NCBI GenBank assembly: GCA_963977445.1
Contig: CAXBPH010000011.1
Location: forward strand, 1-47,863
DNA length: 47,863 bases
Origin: an uncultured bacterium
Lineage (GTDB): Bacteria > Hydrogenedentota > Hydrogenedentia > Hydrogenedentales > JAEUWI01
Direction of reading: 5' to 3'
Below, piece by piece: positions 9,181-19,003 of this stretch (position 1 is the stretch's first letter; every line of letters starts with the position of its first letter). Below the pieces are notes generated by a model, which made no database searches, was not told the origin of the DNA, and worked only from the letters and a program-made list of their open reading frames with translations. The position numbers were made by a program, and so were the translations under genes.

Positions 9181-9564
9181 ATGAACCCGGATACGCTCAG
9201 ATACACCGAAGAACATGAGTGGATAGGTGAGCTCAATGGCCAGTATGTCGTTGGCATTACCGACTTTGCCCAATCGCAACTTGGCGATATCACCTATGTG
9301 GAATTGCCCGCGGTGGGGCGTAGTGTCGAAGTTGCTGAAGAAGTGGCGGTGGTGGAGTCTGTAAAGGCCGCCAGCGACATTTATGCGCCGATATCGGGAA
9401 AAATTGCCGAAATCAATGAGGCCCTCGATGCGCAGCCCGAGCTGATCAATAAAGATCCCCTCGGCGAAGGGTGGTTCTTCAAGCTGGACGGCGTGGACGT
9501 GGCCGAATTGGACGCGCTCATGGATGTTTCCGCCTATCGGACCTACGTGGAGACCTGCGGCTAA
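9181..9564 (+). CDS. gcvH: Glycine cleavage system H protein
   Basis: YTEEHEW, GITDFAQSQLGD, lipoyl-Lys motif ESVKAASD; ATG 9181 after GGAGG. Confidence 0.96.
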   Translation: MNPDTLRYTEEHEWIGELNGQYVVGITDFAQSQLGDITYVELPAVGRSVEVAEEVAVVESVKAASDIYAPISGKIAEINEALDAQPELINKDPLGEGWFFKLDGVDVAELDALMDVSAYRTYVETCG

Positions 9565-9690
9565 GCCGTCGCGCCCACAGAGACGTTTGCAACGGTATAT
9601 GGTCGCGCGATCGCGATGCCGTTCCCTGTCTATCTATGCCTTGTCTCGGTGCCCCTGACGGCACCCGAATCCCAATGTGGAGTAAACCAA

Positions 9691-10977
9691 ATGAGTTGGA
9701 TTCCAACGACCGATGCCGATCAGCAAGCCATGCTTTCGACCATCGGAGTCGACACGGTGGAGGCCTTGTTTGCCACCATTCCGGCCGCGCTGCGCATGCA
9801 GTCCTGGGACATACCTCCGGGCATGTCCGAAATGTCTGTGCGCAATCATATTGCCGATCTCGCGTCGCGTAATACCGTCGGACATACCTCTTTTCTTGGT
9901 GGCGGCTACTACGATCACTATATTCCCGCTGCGGTTGATGCGCTCTCGGGACGTAGTGAATTCTACACGGCGTACACGCCGTATCAGCCGGAAACCTCCC
10001 AGGGTACCTTGCAGAGCATTTATGAATACCAGTCGGCCATCTGTCGCCTGACCGGTATGGAGTTTGCCAACGCGTCCCTCTATGACGGGGGCACGGCGGT
10101 CTTCGAAGCGGCCACCATGTCCGTTCGTATCGCTCGCCGAAATAAGATTGTTGTTCATTCGTCCATCAATCCAACCTACAAGGCCATGTTGCTCACCCAC
10201 GCGGCCAATCTGGACCTGGAGATTGTAGATGGTGACGATCCGGAAGGCGCGGCCTGCGTTATCGTTCAAAACCCTAGTTTTCACGGGACCGTAGCCGACT
10301 TTACGGAATTGAGTGCCCGCTGCCACGCCGCTGGGGCCTTGCTCGTGGTCTCCTGCTACCCCGTCGCACTGGGTATGTTAAAAACACCCGGTGAAATGGG
10401 CGCGGATATCGCCATTGCAGAGGGGCAGTCCCTCGGCATGCCGCTGGGCTTTGGTGGCCCCTATCTGGGTATCATGGCCACCCGCAAGGAACACGTTCGC
10501 AAAATGCCCGGGCGTATTGCCGGCGAGACCCAGGATGCCCAGGGGCGTCGTGGCTTCGTCCTTACCTTACAGGCCCGAGAACAGCACATTCGCCGTACCA
10601 AGGCCATGTCCAACATATGTTCCAACCAGGCCTTGTGTGCCCTGCGTGCCCTTATTCACCTCTCCCTCTGGGGTAAAGAAGGCTTCAAAGACGTGGCCGT
10701 CGCCTGCCATTCCAAAGCCGAATACCTCAAGAGCAAACTACATTTCGGCACCGTACTCAACGAAGGGCCCACCTTCAATGAGTTTACCCTGCGCCTTCCG
10801 CGCAACGCCGCCGAGGTGGTGGCAGAGTTGCTGGATGAGGGGTATGTGGCCGGATTGCCGCTGGCCGATATGGGTGCTGGCGAAGCCAACGACCTTCTGA
10901 TTGCCGTTACCGAAAAACACAGCCGGGAGGCCCTCGACGCCTTCGCTACGGCGCTGGAGCGAGTCGCATGCAATTAA
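9691..10977 (+). CDS. gcvPA: Glycine dehydrogenase (decarboxylating) subunit 1
   Basis: FLGGGYYDH, EFYTAYTPYQPE, REQHIRRTKAMSNICSNQAL; start reassigned to ATG 9691 (SD GGAG). Confidence 0.95.
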   Translation: MSWIPTTDADQQAMLSTIGVDTVEALFATIPAALRMQSWDIPPGMSEMSVRNHIADLASRNTVGHTSFLGGGYYDHYIPAAVDALSGRSEFYTAYTPYQPETSQGTLQSIYEYQSAICRLTGMEFANASLYDGGTAVFEAATMSVRIARRNKIVVHSSINPTYKAMLLTHAANLDLEIVDGDDPEGAACVIVQNPSFHGTVADFTELSARCHAAGALLVVSCYPVALGMLKTPGEMGADIAIAEGQSLGMPLGFGGPYLGIMATRKEHVRKMPGRIAGETQDAQGRRGFVLTLQAREQHIRRTKAMSNICSNQALCALRALIHLSLWGKEGFKDVAVACHSKAEYLKSKLHFGTVLNEGPTFNEFTLRLPRNAAEVVAELLDEGYVAGLPLADMGAGEANDLLIAVTEKHSREALDAFATALERVACN

Positions 10978-12407
10978 TCTATGAAAAGTCCCAGCCGGGA
11001 CGTCGCGCGCTGACCCTCGATGCCCTGGATGTGCCCACCTGCACTTTGCCCGACGATCTCTGTCGCGCCGAAGCAGCGGCCTTGCCCGAAATCGCTGAAA
11101 TCGATGTGGTTCGCCACTTTACCCACCTGTCTCAACGTAATGTGGGTATTGACGACACCTTTTATCCCCTCGGTTCCTGCACGATGAAATACAACCCGAA
11201 AATTGCCGAGGTGGCCGCTGCCGAGCCAGGTATGGCCCAGCTTCACCCGCATTTTTCCAGTTCCCCCGTTTTTGAGGCTAACTGTCAGGGGGCCTATGCC
11301 CTTATCCACGAGCTGGAGCGGGAACTTGCGGAAGTGGCCGGCATGAAAGCCGCCAGCCTGCAGCCCATTGCTGGTGCCCACGGTGAATTGACCGGAACCC
11401 TGCTTATTGCGGCGTACCACCGTGACAAGGGCAACACCCACAAAGACACGATTATTGTTCCCGACAGTGCCCACGGTACCAATCCGGCCAGCGCCGTTAT
11501 GGCAGGGTTCAAGGTTGTGGAAATACCGTCGGACAAAGACGGCACGATCCACCTGGATGCCTTCGAAGCCATGCTTACGGACAATGTGGCGGCCATTATG
11601 TTGACCTGCCCCAATACCCACGGGCTCTTCGAAAAAGACGTCGCCAAAATCGCAAAACTGGCCCACTCCAAAGATGCCTTACTCTATTACGACGGGGCCA
11701 ACCTGAATGCCATCGTGGGCCAGTGCCGTCCCGGTGACCTGGGCTTTGACGTAATGCACTACAACCTGCACAAGACCTTCGCCACGCCCCACGGCATGGG
11801 TGGACCCGGCTGCGGTCCGGTGGGTGTTTCCGAGCGCTTGCTGCCCTATTTGCCTGGGCCGCGGGTTGTTAAGAATGAAGAGGGGTACACCCTTGCGATG
11901 CCCGAGAAAAGTATCGGGCGAATCGCAGCGTTCTTTGGCAATTTCCTCATCGCCGTCCGGGCCTACGCCTACCTCCGCCACTATGGCAGCGAGGGGCTCA
12001 AGGAAATCAGCCGGAACGCCGTGCTTCACGCAAACTACATCTATGCGCGCCTCAAGGGCACCTACAAATCCGCCTTCCCGGGCAACTATATGCATGAATG
12101 CATCTTCACGGCAACGCCCCAGGCGGCCACGGGGGTCCATGCCATCGACATCGCAAAATCCCTGCTGGACCGGGGCTTTCATGCGCCGACCATCTATTTC
12201 CCGCTGACCGTAAAAGAGTGCATCATGATCGAGCCCACGGAGACGGAATCCAAGGAAACGCTGGATGCCTTCTGCGATGCCATGCTGGAAATTGCCAAAG
12301 TCGCTGCAGAAAATCCCGATGCCCTCCATGCTGCGCCGGAAACTACCCCCGTGGGTCGGCTTGACGAAGTGCGGGCGGCGAGAGATTTGAACTGCGCCTG
12401 CCTCTGA
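10968..12407 (+). CDS. gcvPB: Glycine dehydrogenase (decarboxylating) subunit 2
   Basis: YPLGSCTMKYNP, SAHGTNPASA, PLP-Lys motif NLHKTFATPHG. Confidence 0.96.
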   Translation: MQLIYEKSQPGRRALTLDALDVPTCTLPDDLCRAEAAALPEIAEIDVVRHFTHLSQRNVGIDDTFYPLGSCTMKYNPKIAEVAAAEPGMAQLHPHFSSSPVFEANCQGAYALIHELERELAEVAGMKAASLQPIAGAHGELTGTLLIAAYHRDKGNTHKDTIIVPDSAHGTNPASAVMAGFKVVEIPSDKDGTIHLDAFEAMLTDNVAAIMLTCPNTHGLFEKDVAKIAKLAHSKDALLYYDGANLNAIVGQCRPGDLGFDVMHYNLHKTFATPHGMGGPGCGPVGVSERLLPYLPGPRVVKNEEGYTLAMPEKSIGRIAAFFGNFLIAVRAYAYLRHYGSEGLKEISRNAVLHANYIYARLKGTYKSAFPGNYMHECIFTATPQAATGVHAIDIAKSLLDRGFHAPTIYFPLTVKECIMIEPTETESKETLDAFCDAMLEIAKVAAENPDALHAAPETTPVGRLDEVRAARDLNCACL

Positions 12408-13132
12408 TGCGCCTTGTTGACCATAGTTTTGCCGATCCCGGTGAAAACCTCGCCCTTGAAGAAATTTTGCTGGACGAGGTAGAGCAGGGGCGGCAACCGG
12501 AAACCCTTCGGTTCTGGGAGAGTGCCCAGCCCTTTGTGGTGCTCGGTACGGGTCAGGTGTTGGCGCAGGAAGTGGCGGAAGCCCACTGTGCGGAAGATGG
12601 TGTTCCAGTTCTGCGCCGGTGTACCGCTGGGGGATGTGTCCTCCAAGGGCCGGGTTCGCTGAATTATTCCCTTTTTCTAAGCTATGAGCAGACCCCCGAT
12701 GTGGCGACGTTGCATGGCTCCTATCGCTATATCATGGGGGCTATGTGCGACGCATTGGGGACCCTGGGTATCGTTGCGACCCATGAAGGCGTGTCCGATA
12801 TGGCCGTTGGTGGACGAAAGGTCTCGGGAAATGCCCAGCGACGGCGTCGTCGGGCGCTGCTGCATCACGGGACGCTTCTCTACGATGCACGTTTGAAGGC
12901 CATGGCCCGGTATCTTCGTGAGCCCGCGGATCGGCCGGCCTACCGGGATACCCGTAGTCATGAGGCTTTTGTAACTACACTCGAAGCCACGCCAGAGGCC
13001 CTTCGCGTTGCCGTGATTAATGCGTTGGCGCCCACGGCCAGTCGAGATGACATAACCGAAGCAGAAATGGGGCGTGCACAAGCGCTGGCATTGGAAAAAT
13101 ACAATACCAGGGCCTGGACCTATCGTCGTTGA
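12407..13132 (+). CDS. Lipoate-protein ligase/octanoyltransferase family (BPL/LplA/LipB catalytic domain only)
   Basis: NLALEE, RRCTAGGCV, KVSGNAQ, HHGTLLY; translationally coupled to gcvPB. Confidence 0.85.
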   Translation: MRLVDHSFADPGENLALEEILLDEVEQGRQPETLRFWESAQPFVVLGTGQVLAQEVAEAHCAEDGVPVLRRCTAGGCVLQGPGSLNYSLFLSYEQTPDVATLHGSYRYIMGAMCDALGTLGIVATHEGVSDMAVGGRKVSGNAQRRRRRALLHHGTLLYDARLKAMARYLREPADRPAYRDTRSHEAFVTTLEATPEALRVAVINALAPTASRDDITEAEMGRAQALALEKYNTRAWTYRR

Positions 13133-13180
13133 CCTGTGCAAATCTGGAACCATTACACTATTCATGCAAATCTCCGTCGA

Positions 13181-13210
13181 TTGACGAATTGACACCCTGT
13201 TTGCTACCAT
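13181..13210 (+). promoter_or_regulatory. Putative sigma70 promoter
   Basis: TTGACG-N18-TACCAT with an extended TG, 6 nt before the GTG at 13217. Confidence 0.45.
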
Positions 13211-13216
13211 AACTAC

Positions 13217-13879
13217 GTGAGTAATATGACTAATAGTCGACCTCGGCGCTTTCTTATGGCCTTATTTGCAGGCGCGATCCTTGGAGCCGTTGTTGGTTCT
13301 GTCATAAAATATGGATTGGCGGGAGGCTTCGCCTCTGTGCCCTCGACCCGCGTGGAGCAGGAAGCTTCCGGCGGTGGTGGTGACGTTGAACACGGTGACG
13401 AAAGTATTGCCTGGCAATATGTTTTGGCCTATCAGGAGGGAAACTGGTCGCGGGTGGTCGAATTGACTGTCTGGATGAACGACCGGTTGGCCTTTGTTGC
13501 CCAATCAGGCACGCCGGCGGATGTAGATGCTGCCCGTGATGGGATAATCGAACAGATCAGTACCCATGCGATGTCAGAAAATTATCTGCGTGATGAAGGG
13601 GTAGACGACCAGTATTTATTTACACCCGGCACACGATTAGAATATATTGGAGAAGATGGGGGTAGCGATACGCTGGAAGCGCCCATCGCGAGACGCACCT
13701 GGTTCAGGGTAATTTATCCAACGCGTGAAAAAGCGCTGTTGGACAAGGAAGGTATACCGATTCGTTCGGTAAATGCCGGCGTTAATGTGTCCTCAGACGG
13801 ACGTGTGCTCAAAGCAGGCGTCGTTGGCAATATGAACATCGATTGGGATTCCATTCGCTATGATTGGCCCTCCCAATAA
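13217..13879 (+). CDS. Hypothetical protein with an N-terminal membrane anchor (alternative start ATG 13226)
   Basis: 220-aa ORF; RRFLMALFAGAILGAVVG hydrophobic segment followed by a soluble domain. Confidence 0.75.
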   Translation: MSNMTNSRPRRFLMALFAGAILGAVVGSVIKYGLAGGFASVPSTRVEQEASGGGGDVEHGDESIAWQYVLAYQEGNWSRVVELTVWMNDRLAFVAQSGTPADVDAARDGIIEQISTHAMSENYLRDEGVDDQYLFTPGTRLEYIGEDGGSDTLEAPIARRTWFRVIYPTREKALLDKEGIPIRSVNAGVNVSSDGRVLKAGVVGNMNIDWDSIRYDWPSQ

Positions 13880-13890
13880 GGAGAATTTCC

Positions 13891-14313
13891 ATGCCCTTGG
13901 CAAGCTGTGTCCGCTGTAACAAGATGTTCACCAAGGTTTCTTCGCCTGTATGTCGCAACTGTCAGGAAGAAGAAGATGCCGACTTCGAAAAAATTCATGA
14001 AGTAATTTCCAAAGACGAAACGCTGAACGTGAAGCAGGTTGCCGAAGCGTCTGGTGTGGATGTGGCCGTCGTCCGTCGTATGGTCGAAGAAGGCCTTGTC
14101 GCCCAGGTTACGCTGGGGGATACGTCCGTCGTCTGTGGACAATGCGGAGCGCCGGCAATCAGCATGAGTAAGAAACTTTGTCAGGCTTGTCTGGATAAAC
14201 TCAATGTACAAGTATCCAAGGCCCAGGCACAGATAAAGCTTACAAAGAAGCAGGATGTGCAGATTGGTGAATATAATAATGCACGTGAAGCCTTCCAGGC
14301 GAAGCGTAAATAA
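13891..14313 (+). CDS. YvyF/TIGR03826-like zinc-ribbon plus HTH protein
   Basis: CxxC x4 (CVRC, CRNC, CGQC, CQAC) around a helix-turn-helix-like segment (VKQVAEASGVDVAVVRRMVEEG); SD AAGGAG before ATG 13891. Confidence 0.75.
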   Translation: MPLASCVRCNKMFTKVSSPVCRNCQEEEDADFEKIHEVISKDETLNVKQVAEASGVDVAVVRRMVEEGLVAQVTLGDTSVVCGQCGAPAISMSKKLCQACLDKLNVQVSKAQAQIKLTKKQDVQIGEYNNAREAFQAKRK

Positions 14314-14417
14314 ACGGCACCCTGATGCAGACCCGGTTGTATTTCGGCGCGCTGTTTGTGGTGTTTTCGAATTCCCCTCAATGAGGTCGGGAACTTAACT
14401 GAGCAGGCTGACATTAC

Positions 14418-14582
14418 ATGACTAATAGAGACAAGACGGGACTCGCCATTCTTATCGGTTTGTTTGCTGCGTTGGCACTGGCCCTCTTCCTAACGATGGA
14501 TCGTCCATCAAGCAGCACCGGGAGTTTCGAAAATAATGTCCTCATCGACCAGCGGGTCCGCAACCTCAACAAGACGCCTTGA
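14418..14582 (+). CDS. Small 54-aa single-pass membrane protein
   Basis: MTNRDKTGLAILIGLFAALALALFLTMDRPSSSTGSFENNVLIDQRVRNLNKTP*; fills the gap and ends 13 nt before the amidase start. Confidence 0.55.
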   Translation: MTNRDKTGLAILIGLFAALALALFLTMDRPSSSTGSFENNVLIDQRVRNLNKTP

Positions 14583-14595
14583 TTTGAAGGCGACA

Positions 14596-15813
14596 GTGAT
14601 TCGATCCCGCTTCTGTCTGTTCTGTTTTCTGTGCCTGCTCCCGCTCATCGTGGTGAGTAGCGTTGCATTTAGCGACGACACGAATATTGATGTGCTCCGC
14701 CACGGTGTCACCACACCGCTGGTCCTGCCGGAATACAAAAGCCAGGGAGTTGGCTATGCGTCCATGCGCGATGTCGCTCGCCAGATCAATGGTGTCGTTT
14801 CCGTAGATGCTGCCCGCGTTACCTTTCGCCTTGACGGGGTATCGGCCAACGCAGGGCTGAATGACACCGGCGTCGAGAGCGGCACGGGTGCGTTCGCCCT
14901 GACCCATCCCATACTCGCCTACGAAGGGGATGCGCTCATTGCCATGGATGATGTCGTACCCTTCCTTCGCAACGGCTTTGGTTTCGGCACACCCGATGCC
15001 CCCCCGGCAACTTCCGCTCTGGCCCTGCCTCAGGAACCCGTATCGTTGGAAGAAGACGGTGGGCTCGAAAGTGCCATGGAGGCTTCCACCCTCGATGCCG
15101 TGACGCCCGCTCCTGCGCCAGCATCGGTTGAAGAAATAATCGATCTGGAGTCGATCGAAATCAGTACGTCAGAGACTACGGAAGAGCCCGAGACCCCATT
15201 GGTTGCCACGTCCTTTGGCGATACCAAATCCTTTGTTTTGGCCATTGATCCCGGCCATGGTGGTGAAGATTCCGGGGTGCTGGGCCGTGACGGACTCCTC
15301 GAAAAAGAACTGAGCCTCGCCGTCGCGACAACGCTTAGCGAAATACTCAAAGATACCTATGGGATTACGTCCGTTTTGATCCGGGATAAAGACGAAGCTG
15401 TGACACCTGCCATGCGATTGAGCCGGGCCAAATCGGCCAAGGCCACGCTTGTGTTGAGTATTCACGGCGGCGCGAGTAATTCACCCGCGGCGAAGGGCTA
15501 CCAGGTTTACGCCCACAAGCCCAAACGCAGCCTCAGCATCGACCCCAAACCCGCGTTGGGTGCGGCCCAGACCCTGGCCGGTGCCCTCGATAGCGCCACC
15601 AGCCAAACATCTGGTCCGGTTCGGGAGACACCCTTGCTTCTGGTACATGACGGGGCGCTTCCCATGATACTCGTGGAATTGGGCATGATTACCAACCCCG
15701 ACGAAGAAGCCCGGCTGTCAAGCCCCAGCTACCAGGCGGAACTTGCGGCGGCACTCGCACAGGGTATCCATACCCTCTTGGATAGCGAGTCAGCAACCAG
15801 GAATTCATTATGA
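14596..15813 (+). CDS. N-acetylmuramoyl-L-alanine amidase (Amidase_3) with signal peptide
   Basis: IDPGHGGED, EKELSL, SIHGG and LVELG zinc/catalytic residues; GTG 14596 gives a signal-peptide-like N-terminus. Confidence 0.88.
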   Translation: MIRSRFCLFCFLCLLPLIVVSSVAFSDDTNIDVLRHGVTTPLVLPEYKSQGVGYASMRDVARQINGVVSVDAARVTFRLDGVSANAGLNDTGVESGTGAFALTHPILAYEGDALIAMDDVVPFLRNGFGFGTPDAPPATSALALPQEPVSLEEDGGLESAMEASTLDAVTPAPAPASVEEIIDLESIEISTSETTEEPETPLVATSFGDTKSFVLAIDPGHGGEDSGVLGRDGLLEKELSLAVATTLSEILKDTYGITSVLIRDKDEAVTPAMRLSRAKSAKATLVLSIHGGASNSPAAKGYQVYAHKPKRSLSIDPKPALGAAQTLAGALDSATSQTSGPVRETPLLLVHDGALPMILVELGMITNPDEEARLSSPSYQAELAAALAQGIHTLLDSESATRNSL

Positions 15814-16475
15814 GTCAACGATTTCGGCGCAATATAACGCGCAGCTTTTTTCTTTCTCTGTGGGCATTTGCGACCCTGGTACTCCTTGGCATGGTGGTGC
15901 TGTTGGTGCGGGAGATTGCAAAGAGTGGTCGTGATCCCCTGGAAGCGTTCGTCGTGGCCGAAGGAGAGGAAAAACCCCCTCCGACACAGTTCGCCTCGGA
16001 CCGCAGTGTTCCAACGGGTATGCGAGAGGTACAACTCTATTTTGGTACTGCCGACGGCCGTTCATTGGCCCCGGAAACCCGCCAGATTCCCGTGGCACCA
16101 TCCACCGTTGAGAATTGCCGTGCGGCCTTAGTTGCCCTTATCGCGGGGTCCCAATCCGGCCTGGCTGCCGTCCTGCCGCCGTCGGTGACGGTGAAAGCAC
16201 TCTACCTGCTTCCACAAGGTGAATTGGTCATTAATTTCTCCCGGGAACTCCAATCCGAACATGCCCGCATCAGTAGCGCATCGATGGAATCCCTCTTTGT
16301 GCAAGGGGTCGTCCACACCGTGACCCAGGCCTCCCTCCAGAACGCGCAAGATCCCAAGGTGAGGAAAGTCCGCATTCTCGTGGAAGATGCATCGCCGACC
16401 GAGGCCTATCCCGCGCATATTGACTTGAGTGAACCCGTTGCGCCTGATTCGCAGTGGCTTCCTGCCCAGGGGTAA
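15810..16475 (+). CDS. GerMN domain membrane-anchored protein
   Basis: TM anchor, VQLYFGTADGRSLAPETR, ALVALIAG, LVINFSREL, VRKVRILVE; lies between amidase and murI. Confidence 0.8.
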   Translation: MSQRFRRNITRSFFLSLWAFATLVLLGMVVLLVREIAKSGRDPLEAFVVAEGEEKPPPTQFASDRSVPTGMREVQLYFGTADGRSLAPETRQIPVAPSTVENCRAALVALIAGSQSGLAAVLPPSVTVKALYLLPQGELVINFSRELQSEHARISSASMESLFVQGVVHTVTQASLQNAQDPKVRKVRILVEDASPTEAYPAHIDLSEPVAPDSQWLPAQG

Positions 16476-16484
16476 ACGTTTTCC

Positions 16485-17288
16485 ATGGATAACCGACACG
16501 GCGCTATCGGCGTCTTTGACTCTGGCGTAGGTGGTCTGACGGTCGTTCGACAGATTGAAGCCTGTCTTCCCCAGGAGTCCGTCATCTATCTCGGCGATAC
16601 CGCACGGGTGCCTTATGGCACCAAGTCACCCGAAACGGTGGTGCGCTACGCCGAATCCTGTGCCCGAATCCTGCTGGCCCGGGACATCAAAATGCTGGTG
16701 GTTGCCTGTAACACCGCCTCGGCCTTTGCCTTGGACGTGCTGCGCGAGCGCCTCGATATTCCCGTGCTGGGGGTTATAGAGCCCGGTGCCCAGGCGGCTA
16801 CCCGCGCCACCCGCACCGGCCGTGTGGGCGTCATTGGTACCAAGGGCACCATACAGAGCCAGCGGTACCAGGAATGTATCTACCGCCAGGATCCGACCAT
16901 CGTTGTTTTCAGTCAGCCTTGTCCCTTGTTTGTGCCTCTGGCCGAGGAAGGGTGGACATCCGGGGACATTCCCCGTGGCGTCGCGGAAGCCTATCTGGCG
17001 CCCCTCCTTGCCGAAAATATTGATACGCTGGTTCTGGGTTGCACCCACTACCCCCTGTTAAAAGAAGTAATCGGAAACGTGGCAGGAGAAAAGGTTACAC
17101 TGGTGGATAGTGCGGCGGAGACCGCCCGCGTGGTTCAGCAAAGCCTCGAGGCCTTGGACCTCTGTTGCGAAAGACCGCTGATTCCCCAGTTTCGATTTCT
17201 GGTGAGTGACGCGCCCGATTCCTTTGAAGAAGTCGGCCAGCGATTTCTAGGGCACGTCATGCACGAAGCCGAATGGGTTGACGTCTGA
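16485..17288 (+). CDS. murI: Glutamate racemase
   Basis: IGVFDSGVGGLTV, VACNTASA, LGCTHYPLL. Confidence 0.97.
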   Translation: MDNRHGAIGVFDSGVGGLTVVRQIEACLPQESVIYLGDTARVPYGTKSPETVVRYAESCARILLARDIKMLVVACNTASAFALDVLRERLDIPVLGVIEPGAQAATRATRTGRVGVIGTKGTIQSQRYQECIYRQDPTIVVFSQPCPLFVPLAEEGWTSGDIPRGVAEAYLAPLLAENIDTLVLGCTHYPLLKEVIGNVAGEKVTLVDSAAETARVVQQSLEALDLCCERPLIPQFRFLVSDAPDSFEEVGQRFLGHVMHEAEWVDV

Positions 17289-19003
17289 TGTCCGAGAACA
17301 AAAATATGGATGGAAATAACGAAGCGCCACCGGAGGCACCCGCCCAGTCGTGGAGCACATACGTGCTACCGGTTCTGGGTGCGGCAACGTCGCTGGCCAT
17401 CGCGGGGCTGCTCTTCGCTACCTTCTGGATTGCCCGTCCCCGGGATCTGCGTCCCCGGACCGAGGAACTCGCTGATCGCCTGGAACTGGTTCTGACGGAG
17501 CATTACGTACCCCGCGAGAATATAACACGTGGACTTCCCGAGCCCCAGACCATCGATCAGGGGAATACCACGACTTTTTGGACTGCCCAATCCTTCATGG
17601 TAACGGTGCCCACGCGGCTGAACAACGATGGACTCAAGAAAATCATAACGAAGGAAATGAGTACCTACAACGTTCGGGTCATGGATGGCGAGCGTATCGC
17701 CGAATTGCCCAACAGCACGCCATTGGTATTCTATCTGGACGACTATCGTTTCGTGGATATGATGCTGACCCCCACCGCCGAAGAAATTGCAGCGGCGAGT
17801 CGCAGCGATCTCAGAAATATCAGCTTGCAGGTCGCCGATGTAGTCAAAGACGTTTTGACATCAATGAAATTGAAGGCCCCCGCCGAGGCGTCTCCCATAG
17901 ATGTAGTTTCCCAGGAAGATCTTAATTCCTTTTGGAACTATAGCGAATTTCGTGTTGCCTTGCCGCCGGGCATGACGCTGGGTGCCTTGAAGGAAAAGCT
18001 CGAAGAAGCCCTGCTGGTCCCCGATGCGCGTGTCGAGACCATGGAGCCGGTGTCCGGGGCGATAAATATGACCATATCCCTCGGTGGTCGCACCTGCGTG
18101 GGCCTGGCCTGTACGGTAACCCGTGTTGCGCCGCCGCTACGGCCCCAGCCCATCACGTTGGATTCCGTGCTGCGTGATGGTATTCAGGGCAGCGATCCTG
18201 TGGAGTCCATGATCCCCATGGAGCGTCCCGCCTCACCCGAAGAGGAAACGAAGGCCCCCGACGCCGCTGACGTCGAAACCAAAGAGACGATGGTTACGCT
18301 GGATGTCTCTTCCATTGATGCCCCCGTGCCCGCTGACGGCACCTATCGCATGGCAATTATCATCGATGATGGTGGGTATGTGAAAGCCGATTCCAGGCGG
18401 GTCCTCAAATTGGATCCCCGCCTCACCCTGGCCATTTTGCCCAACACGCCCTACGGTGCCGAAACGTCCGCCGAGGGGGCTTCGCTCGGATTCGAGATCA
18501 TGTTGCATATGCCCATGGAATCACACAGTAAGAAGGAAGAGGCCGTCGAAGGTACGATATTCGGGGCCATGGGTCAGAAAGAGATCCAGAAGCTGGTGAA
18601 CAATGCGTTGGACCAATATCCGGAGGTGGTCGGTATAAACAACCACACCGGCTCCAAGTTTACCGAAAATGAAGAAAAACTTGGCTTTGTCTTTGAAGTG
18701 TTGAAAGAGCGAAACCTCTTTTTTATCGATAGCTTCACCCTCAACACCTCCATCGCCTATGAGGCCGCCCGAAAGGCGGGCATTCCAACGGCACGGCGGG
18801 ATGTGTTTCTGGACAATAATGCCGATGAAGCCAGCATCCGTGCCCAATTTGACGAGCTGGTAAAGCAGACCATCGCACAGGGAAGTGCCATTGGCATCGG
18901 CCATTTTCAAAAGCCCAATACGGCCAAAGTCCTGGCTGTGGAAATACCTAAACTGAAGAATGCCGGTATCGAACTGGTCCATGCCTCGGAGTTGTTGCAT
19001 TGA
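17288..19003 (+). CDS. Divergent polysaccharide deacetylase family (YibQ-like) with a long N-terminal membrane-anchored extension
   Basis: AIIIDDGG, MLHMPME, GINNHTGS, FFIDSFT, RDVFLDN, AIGIGH. Confidence 0.88.
   Translation: MSENKNMDGNNEAPPEAPAQSWSTYVLPVLGAATSLAIAGLLFATFWIARPRDLRPRTEELADRLELVLTEHYVPRENITRGLPEPQTIDQGNTTTFWTAQSFMVTVPTRLNNDGLKKIITKEMSTYNVRVMDGERIAELPNSTPLVFYLDDYRFVDMMLTPTAEEIAAASRSDLRNISLQVADVVKDVLTSMKLKAPAEASPIDVVSQEDLNSFWNYSEFRVALPPGMTLGALKEKLEEALLVPDARVETMEPVSGAINMTISLGGRTCVGLACTVTRVAPPLRPQPITLDSVLRDGIQGSDPVESMIPMERPASPEEETKAPDAADVETKETMVTLDVSSIDAPVPADGTYRMAIIIDDGGYVKADSRRVLKLDPRLTLAILPNTPYGAETSAEGASLGFEIMLHMPMESHSKKEEAVEGTIFGAMGQKEIQKLVNNALDQYPEVVGINNHTGSKFTENEEKLGFVFEVLKERNLFFIDSFTLNTSIAYEAARKAGIPTARRDVFLDNNADEASIRAQFDELVKQTIAQGSAIGIGHFQKPNTAKVLAVEIPKLKNAGIELVHASELLH

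Noticed and set aside
14390..14415. ECF-like promoter GGAAC-N17-CATT
   Set aside because: Too close to ATG 14418 to leave room for a TSS, and a short motif that can arise by chance
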